Below, piece by piece: positions 38,119 to 51,779 of a stretch of 64,000 nucleotides of DNA (position 1 is the first letter of the stretch; each line of letters opens with the position of its first letter). Source of the DNA: Octopus sinensis (taxonomy: Eukaryota); assembly GCF_006345805.1 (NCBI RefSeq), contig NC_043002.1:87420001-87484000 (forward strand), read 5' to 3'. Below the pieces are notes generated by a model. It was not told the origin of the DNA. It ran no database searches and was given only the letters and a program-made list of their open reading frames with translations. Made by a program: the position numbers and the translations under genes.

Positions 38119-38494
38119 TATATATATCTATATATATATATATATATAACAAACACACAAGTGTGTTGCCTACATGCGCGTGTGCGAGTGTATCTATCTA
38201 CCTGTGTGTGTTGCATATGTTGCGCGTGTGTGTGATAACAACAATTCCAAATTAAGCAAAATTTAAATTCCTCTCATTATTTGTTCTACTCATAGCAGTT
38301 AAGCAAAGCATATACATTCTATCACGCGCTTAGCTTTTTATCTTACATCACTCACACATGTATGTAGTAGGTATGTATGATGTATGTATGTATGTATGTA
38401 TGTATTATGTATGTATGTATGCTATGTTGTAGTTGTATAGTGTTATGCATGTATTGTATGTATCTATTTTATATACTCTTTGTATCTTTTTTAC

Positions 38495-38675
38495 TTTTTA
38501 CTTGTTTCATTCATTGACTGTGGCCATGCTAGAGCACCACTTTAGTCGAGCAAATCGACGCCAGGACCAAATTTTTTAAAAGCCTAATACTTATTCTATC
38601 GGTCTCTTTTGCCGAACCGCTAGGTTACGGGGACGTAAACACAGTTGCGGGCACAAACACAGACACACAAACATA

Positions 38676-38711
<36 letters not shown>

Positions 38712-38945
38712 TAGATATATATATATATATATATATATATTATTATATAATATATATATATTATATATATATGTATATATAATATGTATATATATATATA
38801 CAAATATATAGACGGGCTTCTTTCAGTTTCGTATACCAAATGCACTCACAAGGATTTGATCGGCCCGGGGCTATAGTAGAAGACACTTGCCCAAGATGCC
38901 ACGCAGTGGGACTGAACCCGAAACCATGTGCTTGGTAAGCAAGGC
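38495..38945 (-). mobile_element. Family C SINE with expanded internal (ACAT)n/(TA)n tract
   Basis: Matches the reverse complement of the 55449 copy. Confidence 0.88.
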
Positions 38946-40062
38946 TTATATATTATATATATATTATTATATATATATATATATATATATCTATATAATC
39001 AATACACAATCACATACGCACACACATACATATATATATATATGAATGTGTATACGTAAATATATACATATATATATTTGCACACACACACACACACACA
39101 TACAAATGGACATGTACACACGCATACATATGTATAAACACAGGTATACTTATATGCTTGTATATATATATAAATACATTACATGTATTTATTAATACAT
39201 ATGAGATTATGTATATATGTACTTGGCACGATATACCTAATTCATTAAACATTTGGTATTACACAAAAATATACAACCGCATGTATATACTCACATACAC
39301 ACACGCATGCATCGCATCCCAAAGCATGTACACACAACCCAAAGTACACCCACACGCGTACGAGCATACGCACATGCAATAACACACCTACTCGCACACG
39401 TGTACAGATACACACACACACGTGTACACACTCACATGCGGACATTCATGCACATATATCCACGTACATATATGTTTATATGCATATATGCATATAAACA
39501 TATATATATGTATATATATATATATATTCATATGCATATATGCATATAAACATATATATATATATATTTATATGCATATATATATATATATATATATACA
39601 TATGCATGTATATGTATGTGTATATATGTATATCCGTCACTTATTTCAGCTGTTTTGTAGATATTTGAATCGTGTTGTGAATGCGATAAGTGGAGCCAGC
39701 AAAAAAAAATGTTTGAAGACAACAGTTTTTTTTTTTATTTATGCTCTATTAACACCTGGAGCCTGGCTCCAGTAAGCTGCATTGCATTGTTTGTGAAAAT
39801 GGTCCACATAATTAAGAAAATTTCGCCGCAGTCCTTGAATCATGTCACTTTTGTGGATCAGTGGATTATGTAGATAACGACAGAAAGAATATGTAAAGAA
39901 AACAATACATAGTATCAAGTCAATCAATTCGTTCTGTATAAAATTTGATCGATAATATTTTTGCGCTTTCTGTACATTTGCGGGGAGATCCTAAAGAGGT
40001 AAGTCACCATGCTCGGTGCCGCCCTGTTTTGTATTGTGAAAACGAAAGGATAATCACTCATA

Positions 40063-40130
<68 letters not shown>

Positions 40131-40563
40131 CTATTTAAATAAAGAAACGGAATTAAGCTGAAAACAAAGTTGAAAACGAAAGTAGAATGTTGAAATGATA
40201 GTTGGAATTATTTTGAAGGTATTCAGAAAGAAAGATAAAAAAAAAAAAACCTGATATTTAAAAAGGAAATATACAAGACGTGCTAAAATGAAACAATGGG
40301 TCTTGGGAATGAAGAATAAGCGCAAAAAGAAAGAAAAAGTTGATGAAGCAAGAAGAATAGAAAGAAATAGAAAGAAAATGAAGTAACTAGAAACGTAGAA
40401 AGAGAGAAAGAAAGAACGAAAGAAGAGGGGGGAACCAGGAGTTAAAATAGACAGAAACTAAAGAAAGTGTAGAATAATCAGCAATATACATATATATATA
40501 TATGTATGTATGTATATATATAATATATATATATATATATTATATCTATATATAATATATATT

Positions 40564-40608
<45 letters not shown>

Positions 40609-40628
40609 TTATATAAAATATATATATG

Positions 40629-40681
<53 letters not shown>

Positions 40682-40696
40682 GTATGTTATATATAT

Positions 40697-40728
<32 letters not shown>

Positions 40729-40763
40729 GATTATTATATATATATATATAATACATATATATA

Positions 40764-40846
<83 letters not shown>

Positions 40847-40850
40847 TTTG

Positions 40851-40975
40851 CTTAGCCACATACCGAAAAATTAGAAATAGCAGTCAAAGACTCCACGTAT
40901 GTGTAGTCTCATTTGTAGAAAACAGAAATAAACAGTGTTTGACTGCTATTTCTAATTTATCGGTATGTGGCTAAG
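40851..40975. repeat. Small foldback element, 42-bp arms with 2 mismatches
   Basis: CTTAGCCACATACCGAAAAATTAGAAATAGCAGTCAAAGACT vs AGTGTTTGACTGCTATTTCTAATTTATCGGTATGTGGCTAAG. Confidence 0.9.
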
Positions 40976-41150
40976 TAACCTGTTGCCGCCTTTTTTATCT
41001 ATATACAAAATATATATTGAACTTTTATAGAAGTTCCTACCGTTATGGTTATATTTACATGCCGAAATCTACCCGTAAATAATTGTTGTTTCTTTTTTAA
41101 AAAACCATTATAAAAACTATTATTTACTCTTATTATATATATAGTATATA

Positions 41151-41189
<39 letters not shown>

Positions 41190-41231
41190 GTATATATATA
41201 TAATGTATACATATTATTATATATATATAGT

Positions 41232-41299
<68 letters not shown>

Positions 41300-41325
41300 A
41301 AGGGTGAAAAGGAACACACGAGTTG

Positions 41326-41461
41326 ATATATATGAAAAAACAAGTAAAAAATAGAAAATGCTAAAATAATTTTATAGTGAATGTTCACTATAGTAAATGT
41401 AAACTTATAGTAAATGTTCACTATAAAATTATTTAGCATTTTCTATTTTTACTTGTTTTTC

Positions 41462-41469
<8 letters not shown>
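41326..41469. repeat. AT-rich inverted repeat (56/53-bp arms, 35-nt spacer)
   Basis: Arms differ only in three poly(A) run lengths. Confidence 0.85.
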
Positions 41470-41493
<24 letters not shown>

Positions 41494-41495
41494 GA

Positions 41496-41527
<32 letters not shown>

Positions 41528-42179
41528 GATGTGTATTATGTATGTATGTATGTTTGTATGTATGTATGTGTGTTAGATATGTATTTAAGTATGTTGTATA
41601 TAAGCATAAATAATATTGAAAATAAAGAAGCGAAGAAAGACAGAAAGAAATATGTGAATAAAGAGGAAAACGAGAGAAAAACGATTGCGATAGGGCAAGA
41701 GAAAGAGATAGGTAGGTAAAGAGTGAGCACCTCTACGGGAAGGAAAATAAACTCGACCGCTTACTTTGTTACACTTGGCTCTCGTTTGTAAACGATGTTA
41801 AGTGCGTGCTTTTGCTTGTGTCGCCCGATAGACGCGGTATTCCACAACTCTTTATAACAACTGATTTTATGAGAGAGAAGACAACATGACGTTGACTACT
41901 CAGAGACTGGCTTTGACAATTTTACTGCTGCTATTGCTACTGCTGCTACTGCTGCTGCCCCTGCTACTGCTACTATAACAACTGTTGCTGCTGCTGCTGC
42001 TGTAGCTGTTTACAGGTGTTTTTGTTGCTGTTGTTGTTATCTCTTGTTGTTGTTGTTGTTTTTATGTAAAGAGCCACGACAACACGGCGATAGAACGTGT
42101 ACACCATTCCTTGTGAATGAATTTACACCTTTTTCAGTGACAATGCTGTTTTATCGCCAATAGTGTATTGTCAATTTTA

Positions 42180-43560
42180 GTGCCACCGCCATTACGGCTA
42201 CCACCATAACCAGCACTACCACCACCACCACCACCACCACCACCACCACCACCACCACCACCACCACCATCAACACCAACAGCTCCACCGGCACTTAGCA
42301 CCAGCTCCACCAGTATCACCAACAGCAGTACCACCACCATCGCCACCACCACCACCACCACCACCATCACCAGTACCACCAGCACCAGCAGCACCAACAC
42401 CAGCACCAGCACCAGCAGCACCACCACCACTAACACCACCACCACCAACAACAACACCACCACTAGGACCACCCCCTCCACCATCACCATCACCATCACC
42501 ACCATCACCACCGCTAGCAGCTGTAGCAACAGCATGAACAAAAATACCACCAGCATCAGCACCACCACCACCACAATCTAGAACAACACCAACACTCCCA
42601 CAAACACTACAATCACCAAAACACGCATCCCCACCACCACACCAACAATACACCACCTTCTCCATACCACCACCATCACCACCACTATCTCCAACACCAC
42701 TACTACCTCCACCACCACTAACACCACAACTACCTCCACCACCACCATCAACAGTAACCTGCCGCCACCACTCCAACACATGGAACGCCACAAGCAAGAC
42801 GACAACCCCCAGTACCAGCATCATCAGCACCACCGCCAACAACAATAATAACAACACCTCCACCACCACTTCTACCAACACAAGCAACACAGCAAACATC
42901 ACCACCGACACCAGTATCACCACCACTACCACTACTATCACCATCACAACACCACCACCAACAACAACACCACCACTAGGACCACCCCCTCCACCATCAC
43001 CATCACCATCACCACCATCACCACCGCTAGCAGCTGTAGCAACAGCATGAACAAAAATACCACCAGCATCAGCACCACCACCACCACAATCTAGAACAAC
43101 ACCAACACTCCCACAAACACTACAATCACCAAAACACGCATCACCACCACCACCACCAACAATACCACCACCTTCTCCACTACCACCACCATCACCACCA
43201 CTATCTCCAACACCACTACTACCTCCACCACCACTAACACCACAACTACCTCCACCACCACCATCAACAGTAACACTGCCGCCACCACCTCCAACACATG
43301 GAACGCCACAAGCAAGACGACAACCCCCAGTACCAGCATCATCAGCACCACCGCCAACAACAATAATAACAACACCTCCACCACCACTTCTACCAACACA
43401 AGCAACACAGCAAACATCACCACCGACACCAGTATCACCACCACTACCACTACTATCACCATCAACACCACCACCACCAACAACAACACTACCCACTACC
43501 CCGACGACGACGACGACCACCACCACGACCACCACCACCAGCACAAACGTCACTAAACCA
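42180..43560. repeat. CAC/ACC-rich low-complexity region with ~512-bp tandem duplication
   Basis: CTAGGACCACCCCCTCC at ~42464 and ~42976; copy 1 carries several 1-nt deletions relative to copy 2. Confidence 0.9.
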
Positions 43561-44479
43561 TCACCGCTAGAAGAAATATACTTATCACCACTATGACCAT
43601 CGCCACTACAACCATCGTCACCACCCTCGTCGCTTCCTCCGCAAATGCCACCACGCCGCCACCAACATCACATCTACCAAAGCAACAACTTGGAAGAGTT
43701 TTCAGCCTCTCGGCATTTATTGGCTATTGCTAATATTCCCATTATTCATATAGCAGACCAATGATTGAAGACTCTCCAGACGTGACCACCATGTCTCTTT
43801 GTATTCTCTGCAGCGAAATGGCAGAGTCGATAGAGCGTCGAATAGAATGCTTCGTGGCATATGTTCCGACACTCTGGGCTCTAGGTTCAAACCCTGTTGA
43901 AATTCATCATTTCGGTCCCGATAACAAAACAAAACAAAAATAAATAAATAAAAAATGATAAGTAAACAGAAAGCAAATACAAACGAACAAACAACCTACA
44001 AGTTCAAGGCAGTTGTTTGCTGGAGCTGTGACAACGTCGGTCCGGATGCTGGTGGTCTTTGTTCTGGCCTTTGCATTCTGAGTTCAAATTCCACCTTGGC
44101 CTACTTAAGTAGTAGACTTAACATGTCTCCCAGTTTAACACCGCAGCCATCAGCTCCACGGCAGACTTTAGGTGAGTCTCCTCCGTTATAACTCTTCCGG
44201 CCCGTCTTTGGTTTCAAGAAGCTTTCTTCTCTCCCACTTTTTCCCTTCCATTTTTCTCTGGCGCTCTGTAAAAGGGTCACATGCTCACCTCCTACCATCT
44301 TGATTGAAAGATGAAAAGACAAGGAAAAAAAAAAAACAGGAATACATTGTCATAGTAGTGTGGCTGCGATTTGAGGTGAGGTTTATCAGCTAATTCTTCG
44401 AGATTCAGGGTCAGGGCCCCGTTGGTGTTGTGATGGTCACGAAGAAAATGTCAACTAAGACAATATAATTATCATCCTC

Positions 44480-45050
44480 CTCCTGCTCATCATCATCAGC
44501 AGCAGCAGCAGTAGCAGCACCGCTACCAGAATCAACATCCTTATCATCTCCACCTCCACCCTCCCCACCCTACCACCACCACCACCACCACCCACACGTC
44601 AATTTGCCATCGCCATCATCGCCACAACCACGAGCACAACTACCACCTCCACCACCACCACCACCACCTCCACCACCATCACCAACACCATCCTCATCAC
44701 TGCACTCATCATCACTCCCCAATACCACCACCACTACCACCACCATCCGCGTCGCTATACCCTCCATTTCAACCACCACCACCGCCACCACTACCACCAC
44801 CACCACCACCACAACCACCACCACCACCATCCGCAGTCACCAGCGCCACCACCACCACCACCATCCGCAGTCACCAGCACCAGCACTACCTCCGCCATCA
44901 TCAACAACAACGGCGGCAACAACAAAAAGGACAACAGCTGTAATCTCGGCAAATGACAACAGCAGCGGCGGCAGCCGCAGCAACAACCGCAGCAGTAAGC
45001 AAGAACAACAGCAGCAGTAAGCAAGAACAACAGCAGCAGTGATGAAACAA
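44480..45050. repeat. CAC/CAG/CAA trinucleotide low-complexity region
   Basis: Directly visible. Confidence 0.9.
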
Positions 45051-45154
45051 GCTGGTTTCAAGGAAGATATGGAATTACGTTGCCAACATGAATTCTTGAG
45101 GAGTGATAGTGCTTGTGTGCGTATGCGTCTATATATGCAAGCAGTTTTGTGATG

Positions 45155-45190
<36 letters not shown>

Positions 45191-45242
45191 CACACGCACA
45201 CACTCATACACGCGCGCACACACACACGCACACACACACACG

Positions 45243-45301
<59 letters not shown>

Positions 45302-45518
45302 TCATTATGTAATTATAGAAACTGTCAATGTTTGTTACTAATAGTCTTACAGATATTCATTATATTGAGTGCTACACACTTTGACATATGGATCTTACTT
45401 GATCACATACACACACACATACTCACTGCTAAATATTTATGTATATGTGTGCATGTGAGTGTATGCACATATGCTTTGTATAAATATTGTATAAATAAAT
45501 TATATACATACATACATA

Positions 45519-45550
<32 letters not shown>

Positions 45551-45551
45551 G

Positions 45552-45600
<49 letters not shown>

Positions 45601-46106
45601 CGTGTGTATGCATATACATATATATATACATGCATACCATATCGCCCCCACTTATATATATATATATAATATATATATATATATATGCATTCAAATGCAC
45701 GATGTATGCAAGACTTTGTTGTAAATGTGATTTACGTCATGTGGTTATAACAGCCAGCAGTAGCCTCTTGCCATATTTTCATTCCATAATCTCCACTAGC
45801 GAGCTTCCATAGATTTAATATTCTTGTGAAATCGCTCGCCCTGTAAATCACTTCCTGAAGCAAGATTTTCAGTAGAGTAATCTTGATGTGAATGGAAGAA
45901 ATGCTATTTAAGAGACATGCAACATCTCATATCTTTGAACGCCCTAATCAATTTCTGACCTTCAGCTTAAAAAGAAGGACAACCGTAATTTTGGAAGAAT
46001 TCAGCACAAACTCTTATGAAGTTATGCCAAACTGAGTTATTATTTTTAAATATTTTACTTTTTGTAGTCCTTGGACTACGATCTTGCAGGGGCGACGCCT
46101 TAAGAG

Positions 46107-46191
46107 AAAAATGGAATGCTCAAGGATGACACGAATTTGCATGTCCTTGACACGAGCTTATATCATTCCAATTTTACAATATGTATAGCTG
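46107..46191 (-). pseudogene. Degraded, rearranged U6 snRNA pseudogene
   Basis: Minus strand CAGC..ACATAT..TAAAATTGGAATGATA..CAAGGA..CATGCAAATTCGTG..AGCATTCCATTTTT follows the U6 order (ACATATACTAAAATTGGAACGATA..CAAGGATGACACGCAAATTCGTGAAGCGTTCCATATTTT); ACAGAGA box deleted. Confidence 0.65.
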
Positions 46192-47636
46192 AAACTATTG
46201 TAAATGTTCCATCGAACTTGTCTTTTGATATCATTCGGTTTTGATGCCCTCTAAAACCTCCTTCTCTGCACTTAATTTTGGAAATGTTTCTGAGAGAAAT
46301 GGAGTCCGCTAAGACATTTTCTCCCCATTTCTTTCGCTGCTTTCGTAGATTCCCATTACTCTGTCACCATCGTATTCCATTATCATGAATTCGAATTGGA
46401 AGCTTGAGTTATTGTGAATCTTACATCATGCAGTTACTCGCTTGATAGATCTTGGTGATCCTGACTCTTGCCCTTCTAGGATTCCTCTGTGAAGTGTCAA
46501 CGTAAGAAGCACCGTTCACTCAGTTCCGCTATCTCTTCCCAATCCGCCATGCTGGAGTCTTATTACTTCACTGTATTCCTGGCAGAGTGGCTGAACAGGT
46601 GTCATGCCTTACCAAAGGGCAGCCTGTACCTCCGTGAGATATTTTCAAAATACCTGTATACCCATACACTTTACAAATACAATTCACAAATAAGTTCATT
46701 AAACGAAACTTAATGCGAAGAGGTGCTAAAAATATATCTTCTTTGTATTAACTAAAAAGAACTGGCTAAATGCTGATGCACTGCGCATTGCGATTTACAT
46801 AGAAAGCAGCAGTCCCAAGTGAATCCAACATGTATTCCCATTAGTATAGCAATTATTTTAAGATCGCAACAAACATTCATTTGGTGGTAGTTGTATTCAG
46901 TCGCATTAAAAATGATCTCAATGAGAATATAAGGTTCTTTGAAATTCCCTAGATGAGCAATGGGGATAGATATTTTAAATTTCTATTATGCTAATAAACA
47001 GATTTTACTCTTCATAAGGATGAATCTATAAAAAAACTCGCCATTCACTTACAGCATGCCTTTCAGATAAACTTGCAGAAATTTCATTAATGTTTCGAGA
47101 ATAAAAAAAAGGATAATTCCTGCTAAATCAAAATTTCGTTTCTATAGTACACGCTGTTACATATTTCCAAGCAAGTATAATTTTGCTTTTCAAACGAAAG
47201 GCATGAAAATTTGCGTTATCTTTTAGCAGTTTTAAATCTTTATAAGATTGCTCTATTTTTTTTTTTTTGCGTGTAAAACATTGCACTTAAAACCTCTTTC
47301 GGTTTGTATTCAGAACTTGATGAAAGTCCAGATGCGCCTTAAGCAATTGACAAATTAATTAATTACATCATCCTGAATATAACTCAGTCCACTAATTTTG
47401 AACTGGAATATAAACAGTACTTTGATACGATAGAGTTCTGTCCAAGTCGTAGTAGATGTTTTTGAGTTTGCTTTTTGGAGAAAACCTTTAAAAACTATTA
47501 CTACTAAAAAAGCCCTTTTAATATCCTCCAAATCAATGTCACTGCAAAAGGCATTGAAAGTTCCTTATATCTTCAACCAGTCAATTTATTTGAATATGGT
47601 GCACACATTTTATAGAGTGGTCATGGCTTGTCTAAC

Positions 47637-47673
<37 letters not shown>

Positions 47674-47691
47674 CATCTATCTATCTATCTA

Positions 47692-47751
<60 letters not shown>

Positions 47752-47752
47752 C

Positions 47753-47790
<38 letters not shown>

Positions 47791-47794
47791 GTCT

Positions 47795-47892
<98 letters not shown>

Positions 47893-47903
47893 ATGTCTGT
47901 CTG

Positions 47904-47970
<67 letters not shown>

Positions 47971-48283
47971 GTCTGTCTGTCTGTCTGTCTATCTATACAT
48001 AAATACATTCATACATACATACATACATACACACACACATATATACACAAATACATATATGATATATACGTTATAATACGGAGATTAGTTAAGAACATTT
48101 CTACAAGAATTTCTAGATTATCCGCTAATAATAAAATTTTCGAATCACATACTACTTTTGGTAAATATCTGTTAAAATGAGAAGTCAGTGTTTTCCTTTT
48201 TGGGTAATTTAGACGACAATTCATTCCCCGCACCCTGTGTGTGTGTATACATACATACATACATACATACATACATACATACA

Positions 48284-48318
<35 letters not shown>
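47637..48318. repeat. (TATC)n/(TCTG)n and (TACA)n microsatellites
   Basis: Directly visible. Confidence 0.9.
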
Positions 48319-48319
<1 letters not shown>

Positions 48320-48842
48320 CCGTAAATCCTCGAGTATAATCCGCATTTTTTCCCAAAAATTTAAAGGTCAAAATCCCTAGTGCGTACTATATACGAGGTT
48401 AAAAATGAAAAATATTTTGTAAGCAATGTCCCAGTCTCTATTTGCTGTCCGGCAATGTTTATTCTGACGCATTTTGTGATGTCGGGCGCGAAAATAGCTT
48501 AAGCTAAGCCTGAGAGCAATGAAGGCATAAAAGAATCATCCATACCTTGTAGTAAGCAACATTTATTAAAATAAAAGTATTCAGAACACAGAATAACATG
48601 TAAGAAAACAATTTGCAAACATATTTTACATTCCCATGTAACAGTTAAGAACATCACCATTATTGAATTACGCATGCGCGGAAGTGTTTGTCCGACTTGG
48701 TGCTGCTGGCTTAATTATGCACGACTCAAGTTAGAAAAGGGGTGCGTATTATACACAAGGTTTAGGTTTTTCAGAAGTACTGCCCCCCTAAAAATTCCCT
48801 GCGTATTATACTCAAGGGCGGACTATACTCGAGGATTTACGG
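48320..48842. mobile_element. Tc1/mariner-superfamily MITE (Tc2/pogo-like ends)
   Basis: 25-bp TIR CCGTAAATCCTCGAGTATA(A/G)TCCGC with 1 mismatch, TA on both sides. Confidence 0.88.
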
Positions 48843-49419
48843 TATATATACACTATAATATTATAGTATATTTATAACATATATATATGTATAAGTGCGT
48901 GCATGTATAAATAGTTGGCAGCCAGTCTATAGATTTTATCAATAAGATTTAATAAATCGCTGTTGAAATACTGTGAAGGTACCACAGATCTCAAAAACAG
49001 CCAAAAATGTTTTTTAAATCTGGTCGATTTATATATTCGGTCGGTATATCAATTGTTCTTCTAGGATATTGAATAATCCTAATTGAAAAGAAATATGTTC
49101 ATGTTCACTATATAACAGATGGACCATTATATGTATGCATTTCCGAGTAAATACATAAATGGGAATATAAAACACTTAAGTTGAATCTTATCTTTAAATT
49201 ATAAAATAGGCAATGAACCAATAAACAATTGGTCACATGTCCAAATATATATGTGCTAAAACTACTCTCATAATTAATGCCAAAATTTTCAGACTGATTA
49301 TAAAGTAAAAACAACTATGATTAAAATTACTTGTTGACCTGTGTAATTTCGTTACGTTAATTAAAGATGTTTGTGTTAAACTTAACTTTAAATGAGTGGA
49401 AATATTCTGCTTTTTTTCT

Positions 49420-49485
49420 TATATAGTTGGAATCGCAAACAGATATAACGTTTATCAGTACACTCTTGCTTTTAAATAAATAACG

Positions 49486-49525
<40 letters not shown>

Positions 49526-49591
49526 CGTTATTTATTTAAAAGCAAGAGTGTACTGATAAACGTTATATCTGTTTGCGATTCCAACTATATA
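49420..49591. repeat. Perfect 172-bp palindrome centred on a (TA)n tract
   Basis: TATATAGTTGGAATCGCAAACAGATATAACGTTTATCAGTACACTCTTGCTTTTAAATAAATAACGT-(TA)n-exact reverse complement. Confidence 0.95.
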
Positions 49592-50101
49592 TATATATAT
49601 TTATATATATATATATATCGTCAGTAGTTAATATAGCCTAAAAAGCCTAATTTCTTTTCATAACTTTTAAAGCATCTTGATTCTTCCTTTATATTGGAAT
49701 TACCCGTAAATTATTTTATGGTCCCTAGACCAGAACTAGTTCACTCTCTTACCTACAGACTTCATAGCCCTAAGAGGGTAGATTACATACTTTTGATATT
49801 TTGGACTTCTTGACCTTTTTTCTAGGCCATATTTTCTTTCCTATTCCTTCTCCCTTTTGTTTATTTTGGATGCTTTTGTTTTACTCTGATGAAGGATCTT
49901 GCCCTGATTCAAATGTCGTATGAAGATGAAGAATTTTATTTTCGCAATTATTTGTAAACATTGATCAGCAAGGGATGCGAAAACAGCCGTAAGATTTGCT
50001 ATGTCGTATAAATGTGGTCCATAAATGTGGTATAAATGTATCACCTCAGGCCTATTGATGTGCTTGTTGGTCTCAGGTTTTCTCCATTTACTGATTATAT
50101 A

Positions 50102-50156
<55 letters not shown>

Positions 50157-50482
50157 TATGTGGTTAAGAATCTGTGCAACCACATGGTTTCGGGTTACTT
50201 TGTATCTCCTGGTATCACCTCAGGCCAACCTAGTGAATTTGGTAGAAGGGGACTGTGCGGAAGCCCATCGTATTTCAGTATTCAAGAGAAGTTCGCCAGA
50301 GAATCATGAAATGGCTCATGTTCGGTTTCGTCGGAAAGTATTTCTAAATGTTTAATTCGTGCTTATATTCACCTGATGTAAAAAAATTTCCACCTAATGC
50401 AATAACTCTTTTCATAAATTAAAAAAACACATGTCTGGAACATCTATAGTGAGTAAACCACTATTCATCTGTTGTTATTTTG

Positions 50483-50653
<171 letters not shown>

Positions 50654-50879
50654 TTCTGTGTGTGTGTGATTCTATGTATGTGTGTATTAGTGTTTGCTCT
50701 TCCACCACTTTACAACCGGCCTTAATTTGTTTATATCTTCGTAAAATAGTACTTCACCAGAAGAGACTGACTGAATAAGAACTGGAATAGACGTATTCAC
50801 TGAAACCGTTCAACATTTTACCCCAGTTTGGCAGTGGTTGAAATAAATAAAAAAGAAAAAACTAGTATACATATATATA

Positions 50880-51725
50880 CAGGGGTTGGACAAAATAATT
50901 GGAAGAGTAGAAATTTAACGCCGATATTTCAATGAGCCATTATATTACGAATATCTACCCAAATTTCATAGAGTGTTTCTTTTTTTGTAGCGTAGATGGT
51001 TTTATTTATCTAATTTAACGGATATTTCTATCACTTTTTCAGATCGTAGTATGAATTAAGCTTAGATGCGGGACCTCACTGAGTTCGAAAAAGGGAAAAT
51101 TGTTGGAGCTCGAATGGCAGGAGCTTCCGTCACCAGAACAGCTGAACTCCTTGGTTTTTAGAGAGCTACCATATCAAGGACCATGACTGAATTTGAGAAG
51201 TAGGGCAAAACCTCCAGCAGGAGGAATAAGTTCGGCAGGATTTCGAAGCTCACTGAAAGAGACCGATGCATGTTGAATCGCATTGTGATAAAAAATCACC
51301 GGACAACTGCCTAGCCTAGTTTCGACCAAAATTGTTTGCTATGAGCTCAATAAAGCGGATATCATGGAAAAGCTGCCATCAGGAAACCTGCTTTCTCACC
51401 AAAACATTCAGAAAAGGCTAAACTGGTGTAGAGATCACAAGGGCTTGTCGTCAGACCAATAGATGCAAGTAATATTCTCCGACGAGTCCAGTTTTTCACT
51501 TTTCTTCACTACAGGGCGGAACCATATGATTAGGAAGCAAGCTTCCCTACTGCCGAGTGAGTGCATGTGTGGAGACAGTCCGGGAAAGCTTTTAATCCTG
51601 ACTACCTTCTTCCTGCAGTGAAGCATGGCGGAGGGTCTGTAATGGTTTGGGCAGACATTTCTTGAAATCCTCTTGATCCAATCGTTGCCCTGCATGGTAA
51701 GATGGACAGCAATGATTACCTGAAT
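50880..51725 (+). mobile_element. Tc1-family transposon, 5' portion (3'-truncated)
   Basis: TA|CAGGGGTTGGACAAAATAA left end; ATG 51066 MRDLTEFEKGKIVGARMAGASVTRTAELLG; SDES first Asp; VKHGGGSVMVW. Confidence 0.88.
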
Positions 51726-51779
51726 ATATACACAGTATATACAGCATTATTACAACAGTAAGAGGGGGTCTATCACTAA

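Noticed and set aside
42270-43553. 427-aa Gly/Val-rich minus ORF and an extensin-like Pro-rich plus frame
   Set aside because: GGT/ACC repeats lack stops by composition; all plus frames contain stops within the duplicated unit; no splice or start support.
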